This document shows positions 36,159-48,251 of a DNA stretch of 64,000 nt, in pieces (the first letter of the stretch is position 1; every line of letters begins with the position of its first letter). Position numbers and translations under genes: made by a program. Source of the stretch: Candidatus Uhrbacteria bacterium (lineage in GTDB: Bacteria > Patescibacteriota > Patescibacteriia > UBA9934); contig CALRCK010000003.1 in NCBI GenBank assembly GCA_943354605.1, positions 85,609-149,608 on the forward strand, in the 5' to 3' direction. The notes under the pieces were generated by a model. That model worked only from the letters and a program-made list of their open reading frames with translations, was not told the DNA's origin and did not search any database.

Positions 36159-36464
36159 TTATTTCGTCATTTTTCCAAGGGCGAGATGCACGGAAAGTAC
36201 GTCGTCAAGCGTGATGCGCTTTCGGTCCATGAATCGTAGGGCGTCCTGCGTATCGCAGTCGGTAAAAATACCAACGCACGAAATATTCTGTTCGGAGCGC
36301 TCGACGATATACAACATTGCCCGGGAGCACTGCAGACACGTAGCATGAAGCGTTTCGCGCCGACCGTCTTTCTTTAAAGTGCGCAAACGTTCGCCGTCGT
36401 ATGAAACGGAACAAAACGGGCACCGGGTTACGGGGTCGAGCAATGCGCGGTCGTTCGCGTTCAT
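36159..36464 (-). CDS. Zn-ribbon hypothetical protein
   Basis: CPFC...H.TC..C; translationally coupled to rodA. Confidence 0.7.
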   Translation of the reverse strand: MNANDRALLDPVTRCPFCSVSYDGERLRTLKKDGRRETLHATCLQCSRAMLYIVERSEQNISCVGIFTDCDTQDALRFMDRKRITLDDVLSVHLALGKMTK

Positions 36465-37585
36465 AGAAGAATATCGTGAAAACGGTCACCTGGGCGTAGT
36501 CGAATCGCAACGGACTGGACGAGCCCGAGAAGCACCAAGGAAAGCAAAAGCGCGCTTCCTCCATAGCTGACCAATGGCAGCGCAACGCCGGTTGCGGGCA
36601 TCAGCGAAAGATTTGCGCCAATGTGCACCGTAAGCTCGATAAGCATAACAGAAAACGTCCCAATACACAGATATGCACCAAACGTGTCGCGCGCCATCCT
36701 ACTCATCGCCAGCATCCGCCACAAGAGCACCACGAAAGCCAGGAACAACAACAGCACCCCAACAAACCCCAACTCCTCAGCAATCACCGCAAACACAAAG
36801 TCTGTTTGGCTTTCCGGCAAGAAACGGAGCTGACTCTGGCTGCCGTCGCCCAAACCTCTGCCCCAAAACCCGCCGGAGCCAATAGCGATCTTTGCCTGGG
36901 TGACGTTATATCCGCGGAACAGCGGGTCTCGCGACGGATCCAAGAAGGTGAGAATACGGTCCTTCTGATACGACTGAAACACAAACACCCATCCAATCAC
37001 CGCAATAAGCGCAACGCTTCCCAACAGCACAAACACCTGCGACGGACGAATGCCCGCAAACAACACCATCACCGCCCACGTTCCCACCAGAAGCGCCGCA
37101 CCTCCCAAGTCTGGTTGAAGCATGAGAAGGCCAACCGGAACCGCAACAAATCCACCACTCACGAAGAGGTCGCGCCACCCGAACCGACGTTTTGCACGTT
37201 CACTAAAATACAGCGCAAGCATCATCATGAGCGCGACCTTCATCAGCTCTACCGGCTGAAACGCGAATCCTCCCACTACAAACCAGCCCGTGGATCCATT
37301 CAGTGTTCGTCCAAAAAACAACACCAACACGAGCATCACTGCGCCCGCAACGTAAAAACCGCGAGCGTAATGACGAATTGCGTGATAATTCGCCGCCGCA
37401 ATTAGCGCACACGCCACCAAACCAATACCCAACGCGATCGCCTGCTTTTGGAGAAACACATTCGCTGAGCCGCGGGAAAGCTCAACAGAAAAAATTGCCG
37501 CAAAACCAAAGGTGATCAACACCGCCGCAGCAATCATGAGCAGTACGTCTCCTTTCCGAAGCGCCGTGAGTGAAGCAAAAGCCAT
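36461..37585 (-). CDS. rodA: SEDS peptidoglycan polymerase RodA/FtsW
   Basis: FQPVEL.K, QPDLG, LPESQTDF.FA..AEE.G, LPLVSYGGS. Confidence 0.9.
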   Translation of the reverse strand: MAFASLTALRKGDVLLMIAAAVLITFGFAAIFSVELSRGSANVFLQKQAIALGIGLVACALIAAANYHAIRHYARGFYVAGAVMLVLVLFFGRTLNGSTGWFVVGGFAFQPVELMKVALMMMLALYFSERAKRRFGWRDLFVSGGFVAVPVGLLMLQPDLGGAALLVGTWAVMVLFAGIRPSQVFVLLGSVALIAVIGWVFVFQSYQKDRILTFLDPSRDPLFRGYNVTQAKIAIGSGGFWGRGLGDGSQSQLRFLPESQTDFVFAVIAEELGFVGVLLLFLAFVVLLWRMLAMSRMARDTFGAYLCIGTFSVMLIELTVHIGANLSLMPATGVALPLVSYGGSALLLSLVLLGLVQSVAIRLRPGDRFHDILL

Positions 37586-37594
37586 GGCCCCACA

Positions 37595-38506
37595 CTACTT
37601 CAACAAATCTCTTGGATCAATTCCTTGCTCCCCTTGTGGCGACATGTAGCTTGATTCGTCAAAAAAATTCACGTTCGGCGCAACGGTCGCGGTGGCGGTG
37701 AGGGGAATGTCGCCGTACCAACGCACTTCTGAATTCCGAATTTCTCCGGCGGTAAACTCCGACAACGTTGCTTGCGACACGCCAACCACCGCACCAGCAC
37801 GTTCAAGAATCACATTAAACTGTGGCGCCCAATAGCTATATGGCGAGGCGTTCGTGACGGTAAACGTTGTGCGGCCAATCTTGTCGTTCGCAAGCGCAAT
37901 GTCGGCGGCATACGTCGGTGTCGTGAGCAAAAAATTTCCATGTTCCGCAAGCCATGCCGCAACGTCTGGCGCGTCGTGATGATTCACGCGATGCCACACA
38001 ATATTCTCGAGTGTTATGGACGGAGACGATGGACGACCGTCAGCCTTCGTTCCAAGCGAAAGCAGATATTTACTCTCCCCCGGCATCACAAAGCCGTCTT
38101 CAATTCGAGAGGTCGTAGATCCAGCGGAAAAGCTATACGTAAATGTTGCGTACCAATCCGCGTTCGTATTTTTTACCGTTGCATAAAAGTCGTAACTCGT
38201 CGGTGTTCCCTGCACGACTTTTGCCGATCCAAGCGTGAGTTGCTGCGCGTCGCTTCCCTTTGCAATGGAGTGCATTGCAGCAATATTATTCGCAAAGCCT
38301 GCGGCCGAGCGAATCTCAGCGAACGAATCGGAAACAATGTACCCAATAATGACGAGCGCAAAAAATGCCAACATCGCAACATCAGCAATCACCGCCAGCG
38401 CAAAACCCAAGCGCATCAATTTTGGCCGAGCTTCAACAATGCGAATATCGCGCCTGTTCTGCGCCTCGATCGCTTGAAGTTCCGGGGAAAGAATCGGATT
38501 GGCCAC
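37595..38506 (-). CDS. Hypothetical membrane-anchored protein
   Basis: 303-aa ORF; N-terminal TM; beta-rich extracellular part. Confidence 0.7.
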   Translation of the reverse strand: MANPILSPELQAIEAQNRRDIRIVEARPKLMRLGFALAVIADVAMLAFFALVIIGYIVSDSFAEIRSAAGFANNIAAMHSIAKGSDAQQLTLGSAKVVQGTPTSYDFYATVKNTNADWYATFTYSFSAGSTTSRIEDGFVMPGESKYLLSLGTKADGRPSSPSITLENIVWHRVNHHDAPDVAAWLAEHGNFLLTTPTYAADIALANDKIGRTTFTVTNASPYSYWAPQFNVILERAGAVVGVSQATLSEFTAGEIRNSEVRWYGDIPLTATATVAPNVNFFDESSYMSPQGEQGIDPRDLLK

Positions 38507-38609
38507 AAATCAAAGTCCAAAAAGACTTTTAGCTTCTGTCAACAGAATAATACCATGTCTCGCTTGTTCCCGATCGACCGCGCATGATAAACTCCGATCA
38601 CGAAATTAT

Positions 38610-40741
<2,132 letters not shown>

Positions 40742-40764
40742 AAAGGGGTCAGGTCGTTTATTGC
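40742..40764. repeat. Solo copy of the RAYT terminal repeat
   Basis: AAAGGGGTCAGGTCGTTTATTGC immediately after the gyrB stop. Confidence 0.9.
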
Positions 40765-40844
40765 CGAGTTTCCAAAACACCAGCCTCATCGCTGGTGTTT
40801 TGTTTGAATCTTTTGTACGCTTTTCGCGCCACTTTGGAGGGCAA

Positions 40845-41693
40845 TTGCAACCCGAACTCACTCGTCGCGATCGTCTCAACGCCGCCGCCCACGACGCAGC
40901 AACAGAAAACCTCCGTCAGCTCGGCAACATCAACACCGACATCGCCGTCGTGCTGGGTACCGGCTGGGGCAAAACCGTGGAGCTCGCCAAAAGCGTCCCT
41001 CTCTCGTACCTCAATCCGGTCTTCAGCCGCCTGGCCGATCTCCCCAGTCACGCCCGGAAGATCGGGATCGCGACGATTGGCGGCAAGCGCGTGCTCGTCG
41101 TGTCTGGCCGCATCCATCTGTACGAGAACAACCGCGATGCAGTGTACGTCCTCATGCGGATCCTGTGGGAACTAGGCATCCGGAAGCTGATCATCACGTC
41201 GGCGACCGGCGGCATGCGGGACTACATCCGTAAGGGCGACATCGTCGTCATCACAGACCTCATCAAGAACCTCGCCTCTCCGGTGGACGGCCCGCCGTTC
41301 CCCAACCCGCATGTCATGATCCCCACCGAGTTGATGCACCGCATCTTCGCCGATGCGCCCGTCAACCGCGTACACATCGGGCATTGCGTGAGCAACGCTG
41401 GGCCAGACTTCGAGAGTCCCGGCGATCGCTTGCAGATCGACCGGCCTGGCGTGCAGTGCGTTGGCATGAGCGGCAGGCCGGAAGCGACGTGCTTCGCGAG
41501 CTTCGTGGAGCAGAACAACCTTCGAGCAGGCAATCGCGCCATCGTCGTTCCCATCACCTGCATCAGCAATGGGCTCGCCGATCCGCATAGCCACAGCAAC
41601 AACACGGCCGCTATGAACGCGAACGCGGAGCGATTGAGTGTGATGCTCGCGCACACCGTGAAGCTGACCGCGGTGCAGCGTCTCAAGCGCTAG
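40845..41693 (+). CDS. Purine nucleoside phosphorylase-like protein (divergent)
   Basis: VLGTG, GRIHLYE, TSATGG, GPDFES, VGMS..PE, ISN; GGAGG + TTG start. Confidence 0.8.
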   Translation: MQPELTRRDRLNAAAHDAATENLRQLGNINTDIAVVLGTGWGKTVELAKSVPLSYLNPVFSRLADLPSHARKIGIATIGGKRVLVVSGRIHLYENNRDAVYVLMRILWELGIRKLIITSATGGMRDYIRKGDIVVITDLIKNLASPVDGPPFPNPHVMIPTELMHRIFADAPVNRVHIGHCVSNAGPDFESPGDRLQIDRPGVQCVGMSGRPEATCFASFVEQNNLRAGNRAIVVPITCISNGLADPHSHSNNTAAMNANAERLSVMLAHTVKLTAVQRLKR

Positions 41694-41823
41694 AACGTAC
41701 AACGCGTCACACACGAACGACGGCCCCTCGGGCCGTCGTTTCGCTTTTCCACCGACCCCCTTGCTCCCCCGCCAAATTCGGTGTATATTTCCGTCGTTCC
41801 CCGCAAGGGGTTTTTTGATACAA

Positions 41824-41946
41824 TGCGACTAGCTATTTCGTCCACATTCGGCTTGCGGGCCCCTGGCAACGTCGTCAACGTACGATTTTGTACGTCTCCT
41901 CGTCGCCATCCCGCGCACCGAACGTGAACAAAATATCTTCGTCGCA
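41824..41946. repeat. Family D hairpin element, copy 5 (12 nt upstream of secE)
   Basis: TGCGAC..CTATTT...TCAACGTACGATTTTGTACGTCTC...AAATAT..GTCGCA. Confidence 0.75.
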
Positions 41947-41958
41947 GTCATTCCCCAT

Positions 41959-42162
41959 ATGCAACGCATCCTCAACAATCCAGCAATCAAGTACTTCCGT
42001 GAGGCACGGATGGAGCTGGAAAAGGTTTCTTGGCCAAGCCGCAAAGACACCGTCATGTATTCCACCATCGTCCTCGTCCTCAGCCTGGCAACCGCAGCCT
42101 TCATTGGCGTGCTCGACCTTGGCTTGAGCAAGGGCCTGGAGTTCCTTATTTCCAAAGTCTAA
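41959..42162 (+). CDS. secE: Preprotein translocase subunit SecE
   Basis: ELEKVSWPSR + TM; upstream of nusG. Confidence 0.95.
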   Translation: MQRILNNPAIKYFREARMELEKVSWPSRKDTVMYSTIVLVLSLATAAFIGVLDLGLSKGLEFLISKV

Positions 42163-42164
42163 GT

Positions 42165-42710
42165 ATGGCAAAGCAAACCGCCAATTACGGCCGACGCTGG
42201 TACGTCATTCACACCTACTCGGGATACGAAGAAAGCGTGGTGGAGGCACTCACCCAGCGTATGAGCACCATGGACATGGAAGAGAAGATTTTCAACATTC
42301 TCGTTCCAAAGGAGAAGAAGATCAAAATCAAGAACGGCGCACGCAAGGTGGTTGAAGAAAAAATCTTCCCTGGCTACGTGCTCGTGGAAATGATCGTGAC
42401 CGACGACAGCTGGTACGTGGTGCGCAACACACCAAACGTCACTGGGTTCATCGGTACCGGAAACACGCCAACGCCGATTCCGCAAGAACAGGTGGACGAT
42501 CTCATGAAGCGCGTGGGCGTTGCCGAGCCAGAATTCAAGATCGACGTGGAAAGGGGTTCTCTCGTCGCTATTACCGACGGTCCGTTCAAGGGCCAGCAAG
42601 GAAAGGTGGACGACGTGGATATGTCTCGTGGAAAGGTCAAAGTCATGGTGTCCATGTTCGGCCGCGAAACCCCGCTCGAACTGGATTTCTTGCAGGTCAA
42701 GAAGGTGTAA
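42165..42710 (+). CDS. nusG: Transcription termination/antitermination factor NusG
   Basis: WYVIHTYSGYE, FPGYVLV, KOW motif, FGRETPLEL. Confidence 0.98.
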   Translation: MAKQTANYGRRWYVIHTYSGYEESVVEALTQRMSTMDMEEKIFNILVPKEKKIKIKNGARKVVEEKIFPGYVLVEMIVTDDSWYVVRNTPNVTGFIGTGNTPTPIPQEQVDDLMKRVGVAEPEFKIDVERGSLVAITDGPFKGQQGKVDDVDMSRGKVKVMVSMFGRETPLELDFLQVKKV

Positions 42711-42863
42711 ATCAAAATCCTCCGATCAAAAACGACCGTTCCGAGCTATCGGAGCGGTCGTTTTGTTGACTATTTCCGCCAATACTGGCACACTTTCCGC
42801 ACTTATTAACGACGTGGTCGCTTGGGTAAATCCCCAGGAATCCACTATAAATACTCACTCGTT

Positions 42864-43289
42864 ATGGCAAAGAAGATCAAAGCGGTGATCAAAGTCCAGT
42901 CAATCGGAGGTCGGGCAACACCAGCACCTCCACTCGGACCAGCACTCGGTGCACAGGGTGTGAACATTCAGCAGTTCGTGCAGGAATTCAATGCACAAAC
43001 ACAGGACCGCATGGGAGAGACTGTTCCAGCGATCATCACCATTTACGAAGACCGCACGTTCAGCTTTATCCTGAAGACCGCTCCAGCGAGCGACTTAGTG
43101 AAGAAAGCAATCGGCCTTGAAAAGGGATCCGGAAAGCCACTCACCGAAAAAGTGGGGAAAATCACCCAAGCACAGTTGAGAGAAGTTGCCATGAAGAAAA
43201 TGCCAGACCTCAACACCACAAACGTAGAGGCTGCCATGAAGATCATTGCAGGAACGTGCCGACAGATGGGAGTCGATGTCGTCGCGTAA
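42864..43289 (+). CDS. rplK: 50S ribosomal protein L11
   Basis: [18 protein letters not shown]. Confidence 0.98.
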   Translation: MAKKIKAVIKVQSIGGRATPAPPLGPALGAQGVNIQQFVQEFNAQTQDRMGETVPAIITIYEDRTFSFILKTAPASDLVKKAIGLEKGSGKPLTEKVGKITQAQLREVAMKKMPDLNTTNVEAAMKIIAGTCRQMGVDVVA

Positions 43290-43323
43290 TGATATCCTTG
43301 GGAAAGATTCTTATCTTTACCCT

Positions 43324-43608
43324 ATGGATGCCCACAAACGTTCTTGGCCAAGTTACTTCACCGTCGTGTCGTTTATTACTGGAATGCTCGTGCTTTTTGG
43401 AGCCATTGGTCTTGTCACGAGCAGCCTTCATCTCCTCGTCCCAGCCGCAAATGTTATTGGGAGCCGAGACACCCTTGAAACCGTTCGCCAAAATCTTCTC
43501 GATAAGCTCGTTGACAGTACCAGCCTTCTCATCGTGAGCGCTCCACTGTTCTGGCTCCACTTCCGCTTTTTCCTTCGTCAATGGGAAAAGCAACACAAAG
43601 AAAAATAA
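43324..43608 (+). CDS. Small 2-TM membrane protein (DUF5671-like) between rplK and rplA
   Basis: YFTVVSFI...LIV.APLFWLH. Confidence 0.6.
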   Translation: MDAHKRSWPSYFTVVSFITGMLVLFGAIGLVTSSLHLLVPAANVIGSRDTLETVRQNLLDKLVDSTSLLIVSAPLFWLHFRFFLRQWEKQHKEK

Positions 43609-43659
43609 CCCCTAATCTTGTGGGAGATCGATTCGATCGCTATCACCACAAACAACCCT

Positions 43660-44346
43660 ATGATCGGTAAGCGAATGGCTACGGCAAAGCAGATGATCGA
43701 CAAAAAGAAACTGTACGCTGTGAAAGACGCTGTTGCGCTTTTGAAAGAAACCGCAAAGGCAAAGTTCGACGAAACGGTTGAATTGCACTTCGCGCTTGGA
43801 ATCGATCCAAAGCAAGGCGACCAGCAGATCCGTGGAACCGTCACGTTGCCACACGGCACCGGTAAGACGAAGCGTGTCATTGCGTTCGTGGACGCAAACA
43901 ACGAAGCTGCAGCAAAGGCAGCAGGCGCAGACATTGTTGGAACCGAAGAAGTCCTCGAAACGATTATCCGCACCGGAAAGATCGACTTCGACGTTGCTGT
44001 TGCTGTTCCAAGCATGATGCCAAAGCTTGCAAAGGCAGCAAAAATTCTTGGCCCTCGCGGTTTGATGCCAAACCCAAAGACCGACACCGTTGGTCCAAAC
44101 ATTGGGAAGATCATCGAAGAGCAGAAGGGTGGAAAGGTTGCATTCAAGAACGATAACACCGCCAACGTGCACATGATTGTGGGAAAGGCCTCGTTCAGCC
44201 CAGAGAATCTTGTTGCAAACCTTGCAACAGCGATTGAAGCCATCCGCAAGGTAAAACCAGCGTCAAGTAAGGGCATCTACATGAAGTCGGTCACCATGAC
44301 TTCAACGATGGGCCCAGCAATTAAGCTTGACCAGGCATCGGTCTAA
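43660..44346 (+). CDS. rplA: 50S ribosomal protein L1
   Basis: KFDETVE, LPHGTGK, LGPRGLMPNPK, STMGP. Confidence 0.98.
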   Translation: MIGKRMATAKQMIDKKKLYAVKDAVALLKETAKAKFDETVELHFALGIDPKQGDQQIRGTVTLPHGTGKTKRVIAFVDANNEAAAKAAGADIVGTEEVLETIIRTGKIDFDVAVAVPSMMPKLAKAAKILGPRGLMPNPKTDTVGPNIGKIIEEQKGGKVAFKNDNTANVHMIVGKASFSPENLVANLATAIEAIRKVKPASSKGIYMKSVTMTSTMGPAIKLDQASV

Positions 44347-44379
44347 GGTAGTAGAGCGTAGGCCGTTGGCAGTAGCCAG

Positions 44380-44414
44380 AAATCCCCTCGATTCGAAAGA
44401 ATTCGAGGGGATTT
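44380..44414 (+). terminator. Intrinsic terminator after rplA
   Basis: AAATCCCCTCGA...TCGAGGGGATTT. Confidence 0.7.
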
Positions 44415-44470
44415 TGGTTGTCCACATGATCAATTATGCATCTCCTGGATCACTGCTAAACTCGGGGCAT

Positions 44471-45061
44471 ATGTCGTCGCCCTATCACGATCCATTCGGT
44501 CCAGGGAGCAACGTGGAAAAGCGCTGCGTCGCGGATCAGGAAAAGCTCCGCGTGCTCGTTGAAAGCCTCAAGGCGCTTGGAATGAAGATCGTCCTCACCC
44601 AAGGCGTGTACGACCTTATTCACGAAGGCCACGCAGCGTACTTGGAAAAGGCGAAGTCACTTGGCGATATTCTTATCGTCGGAGTCGATTCCGACGAACT
44701 GACGAAAATCCGCAAAGGGCCAAAGCGACCAATTGTTCCACAGGCGGAGCGCATCAACATGCTCCTCCACCTGCGCCACGTGGACTTGGTAACGATCAAA
44801 GAAGCCCACCACGGAATTGGCGACATCATTGAAATCGTGAAGCCCGATGTTATGGTCTTTTCGTCGTCCACCACCGATATCGGACCAATCGATGTTGAAG
44901 GATACAAACAACATTGCGGAGAGATTGTCGTTCTTCCACCGCAAGCAACAACAACGACAACAGCACGCGTTCGCAATCTCACCATCGAAGGCGTTGAAGA
45001 CCTCGCAAAAGAAGTAAATACACTGATGACGAATTTCGTGACGAAAATTCGCGAAGGCTAA
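44471..45061 (+). CDS. Cytidylyltransferase-like (HxGH) nucleotidyltransferase
   Basis: TQGVYDLIHEGH, LIVGVDSD, KGP.RPI...ER. Confidence 0.88.
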   Translation: MSSPYHDPFGPGSNVEKRCVADQEKLRVLVESLKALGMKIVLTQGVYDLIHEGHAAYLEKAKSLGDILIVGVDSDELTKIRKGPKRPIVPQAERINMLLHLRHVDLVTIKEAHHGIGDIIEIVKPDVMVFSSSTTDIGPIDVEGYKQHCGEIVVLPPQATTTTTARVRNLTIEGVEDLAKEVNTLMTNFVTKIREG

Positions 45062-45062
45062 T

Positions 45063-45986
45063 ATGCTCATCGCGTTCGTTCCGGTTTTACACAAGGGCTA
45101 CATCGACCTTTTCAAAAAATATCCCGACACCCTCGGCATTCTTGGCGCTGACGTCATTGCCGACTTCACATCACTCACTCGCGACTGCCGCGTGGTTGAT
45201 CCTGAGGCGATGAAGCTTGCGATCGAAAGTCTCGGGATTTTTTCATCGGTTCGCGTGCTTTCGAAATCGGATCTCGCTTCGGTCGCGTGGGGTCCTGTCG
45301 CCTCGGACCCCGTTGGTGCTCAAACCGACGGGGCGGTTTTGCGCGCCACCGGGGACCTCCCTCGGCGCCACCCCGTGCTCCCTTCGCTCGAATCAATTCG
45401 ATTCATCATGCCAGACGAAGACGTGTCGCGCGCGCTCGCGGAACAATACAACATTCCCGATGTTACGTTTGAATCGGTTTTCCTCCGCTGGGACAAAATG
45501 CCGACACTGCGCGAAAATATCATCGCACCACATCGAAAGATCACCACAGATGTGTTCGTAAAATCGATGATGAACCTCGCAATTGCAGAATCGATAAAAA
45601 GCTCTGATTGGTGGCGCCAGATTGGAACCGCAATTGTGAGAGACGGCGCAGTCATTGCGCTCAGCCACAACAAGCACCTCCCCACCGATTACCATCTTGC
45701 GATCAATGGCGATCCGCGAACAATTTTTGATGCCGGCCAGCACATCGATATTGCAACATCCATCCATTCCGAAGCGCTTGCCGTTGCCCAAAGCGCAAAA
45801 ACCGGCACGTCGCTCAACGGCGCCGAGGCGTTCGTTACCACATTTCCCTGTCCAAACTGTGCACGTTTGCTTGCCGAAGCCGGAATCAAAACCGTGTATT
45901 ACCACAAGGGCTATTCCCTACTCGATGCTGAAGAAATCTTGAAAGCGTACGGAGTCGAAATTATATTGGTTGATCCGACAAAATAA
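45063..45986 (+). CDS. dCMP deaminase-family protein with N-terminal extension
   Basis: HSE (HAE-like) and PCPNC Zn motif; contains an apparent GC-rich in-frame insertion. Confidence 0.85.
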   Translation: MLIAFVPVLHKGYIDLFKKYPDTLGILGADVIADFTSLTRDCRVVDPEAMKLAIESLGIFSSVRVLSKSDLASVAWGPVASDPVGAQTDGAVLRATGDLPRRHPVLPSLESIRFIMPDEDVSRALAEQYNIPDVTFESVFLRWDKMPTLRENIIAPHRKITTDVFVKSMMNLAIAESIKSSDWWRQIGTAIVRDGAVIALSHNKHLPTDYHLAINGDPRTIFDAGQHIDIATSIHSEALAVAQSAKTGTSLNGAEAFVTTFPCPNCARLLAEAGIKTVYYHKGYSLLDAEEILKAYGVEIILVDPTK

Positions 45987-45992
45987 GCGTCA

Positions 45993-46072
45993 GTCATTGC
46001 GAGGCTGTAATCAGCCGAAGCAATCTAGGCTACCCTGGATTGCCGCGTCGGGATTACCCTCCTCGCAATGAC
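45993..46072. repeat. Family B palindromic element
   Basis: GTCATTGCGAGG...CCTCGCAATGAC. Confidence 0.88.
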
Positions 46073-46080
46073 ACATTTTA

Positions 46081-46524
46081 TTAACCGATACGGGTGCGTA
46101 AACCTAGTGCAGGATCGTAACTGGTGTCATCGGGATTAGACTGCACGAGGTTCGCATGAAGATGCGTCACTGACGCGCCAGTGAATCGCGTTTCCCCAAA
46201 TCGCATCAAAAACGTTCCGCCCACCATTGTGGTATCGCCGACCAGCTCTTGAATGATTCCGTACAGCTCAGCCCACGCCTCGGGAATAATTTTCGAAACG
46301 TGATCGATGTGCTCCGTGTGAATGATGAGTTTGTGATGCTTCGACGGCGTATACGGAAATTGATTATCGGTCACAATCCAAAACTTCCAGCGCGTCATCG
46401 GTAATTTATGAAACTCCGCAAGGCGCTCTGGGCAAAACGGGCAAACATTTTGCGCGGCAATACCGGCAATCACCTTGTCGTATCCTCCCGGTCGCGCATT
46501 CTGCTGATTGACAAAGTCACTCAT
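46081..46524 (-). CDS. HIT-family hydrolase
   Basis: CPFC, N.FPY, GASVTHLHA. Confidence 0.8.
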   Translation of the reverse strand: MSDFVNQQNARPGGYDKVIAGIAAQNVCPFCPERLAEFHKLPMTRWKFWIVTDNQFPYTPSKHHKLIIHTEHIDHVSKIIPEAWAELYGIIQELVGDTTMVGGTFLMRFGETRFTGASVTHLHANLVQSNPDDTSYDPALGLRTRIG

Positions 46525-46536
46525 AATATCTTTTTC

Positions 46537-46616
46537 GTCTTTGCGAGGCTGTCATCGGCCGAAGCAATCTCGGTTCACCTGGATTGCCGCGTCGCGATGA
46601 CGCTCCTCGCAATGAT
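46537..46616. repeat. Family B palindromic element (variant)
   Basis: GTCTTTGCGAGG...GGATTGCCGCGTCG...CTCGCAATGAT. Confidence 0.85.
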
Positions 46617-46623
46617 GAAGGGA

Positions 46624-48024
46624 TTAAACCGGAGTCGGAATAATCATCGCCTCATGCGGATCGTAGTCGGCGACGGTGAAGTGTTCTGGGCGGAAATCGA
46701 GAAGATCGCTGACGGTGGAGTCCATATACACCGTCGGGAACGTGCGAGGCTCGCGATCAAGGAGCTGCTTCACGTGTTCAAATTGGCTTTCGTAAATGTG
46801 CGCGTCGGAAAGAGTATAGACGAGTTCTTTTGGCGTATAACCCGTTGCTTGCGCAATCATCATCGTGAATGCGGCGTATTGGATGATGTTGAAGACGACG
46901 CCGACCGGAACATCGCCGCTGCGCTGGAAGTGATGTACGGAAAGCTGCTTCGTTTCTGGGAATACAAGGACGTGTAAGTAGCCGTGACATGGCGCGACAA
47001 CCACTTTGCGCGGAGGAATTCCTGAATGCTGCAGCGTGTACTGTGGAATCCATGGCGAAATAATGTGTGTACGCAAATTCGGTCGTTCCTTGATTTGCTT
47101 CACGACATGCTCGATTTGATTGAACGGTTCGCCCTCGCTCGTGGGAAACGCAGTCCATGCCGGGCCGTAGCTTCCTGGGCCAAGATCGCCTTCAGGCAAA
47201 CCAAACATATCGCACCGCTCTTTCGTCACCCACTTCTTCCACCATGCGCAGCCAAATGCCTTCAATTCTTCTTGTGTTCGCGCGCCATGAAGGAATGCGA
47301 AGTGTTCACCAAGTGCACCAACCATGAACCGTCCGCCAAGGTCGCGCTCCGTAATCATTGGGAATCCGTTTGCGAGATCGAAGTGCATTTGTGCACCAAG
47401 AATCATACGGGATCCTTCGCCTTGAATCGGTTTTACATCGACGCCTTCCTCGAGAATCTTCTTGAGCAAGTGATGATACTGCCAATCAATTGCGCGATCG
47501 ATAACCGGCTTCATAAACGATCGCTGCACGCGATAATGCAGCAATACACTTCGAGCGTTGAGCTTTCGCGTATCCACAAGTTCGAGATTCACCCGGGCAA
47601 ACTTCTCGCCCAATGGGACACCGTTTCCAAATAAGAATGGTTCAAGGGTTAAAAAAACTTCGTCGACGAGACCAGCATCCAAAAACTGTCCGTACACGGA
47701 AGCTCCCCCGCCAAGCGCAACCGTTTCAACACCTTCGCCAATAAGTCGCTTCACAAGATTGGCCGGCGAGTCGTTCGTAAACTCAACACCCTCAATCGGA
47801 GCTGCCGCATCCGGGTTTTTCGTCATCACAATCACTCGTCGGTCCTTCAAGCCCTTACCGATTGTTGCAAACGTGGTGCGGCCCATCACCACCACGCCAG
47901 CCTCTTTCGTCTTTTCCACAAAAAACTGCGTATCCTCCGCACTCGTCCAATCCAGCGAGGACTGGTGCGCCTTTTCCGCAATTTTCCCGTCCGCGCTCAT
48001 GGCGGCAATCAGCCAGATTTTCAT
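46624..48024 (-). CDS. thyA: Dihydrofolate reductase-thymidylate synthase fusion
   Basis: N-terminal IAAMSADGKI...VVMGRTTF...GGASVY (DHFR/RibD-C fold) in frame with LGPGSYG, PCH, QRSGD..G..FN, DAHIY (ThyA). Confidence 0.9.
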   Translation of the reverse strand: MKIWLIAAMSADGKIAEKAHQSSLDWTSAEDTQFFVEKTKEAGVVVMGRTTFATIGKGLKDRRVIVMTKNPDAAAPIEGVEFTNDSPANLVKRLIGEGVETVALGGGASVYGQFLDAGLVDEVFLTLEPFLFGNGVPLGEKFARVNLELVDTRKLNARSVLLHYRVQRSFMKPVIDRAIDWQYHHLLKKILEEGVDVKPIQGEGSRMILGAQMHFDLANGFPMITERDLGGRFMVGALGEHFAFLHGARTQEELKAFGCAWWKKWVTKERCDMFGLPEGDLGPGSYGPAWTAFPTSEGEPFNQIEHVVKQIKERPNLRTHIISPWIPQYTLQHSGIPPRKVVVAPCHGYLHVLVFPETKQLSVHHFQRSGDVPVGVVFNIIQYAAFTMMIAQATGYTPKELVYTLSDAHIYESQFEHVKQLLDREPRTFPTVYMDSTVSDLLDFRPEHFTVADYDPHEAMIIPTPV

Positions 48025-48251
48025 AGTGATTCGATGGTAGCAGGGCATCCACACGCCGACCAACGAATTCTGTGGATAGAAAAATCACGCGGCCAAGCAT
48101 GGCAACCGCGTGATTCGCTTCGCACTGTACACGGAAAAAAATGAGGGTCAACGAACTTATGTGGATAGAATAGACAAAATGGAAAATTACAGAAGAAACA
48201 GTGGATAACACATTCGATAAATGATCAGTGATCGAGTACGATCGAGCGCGT

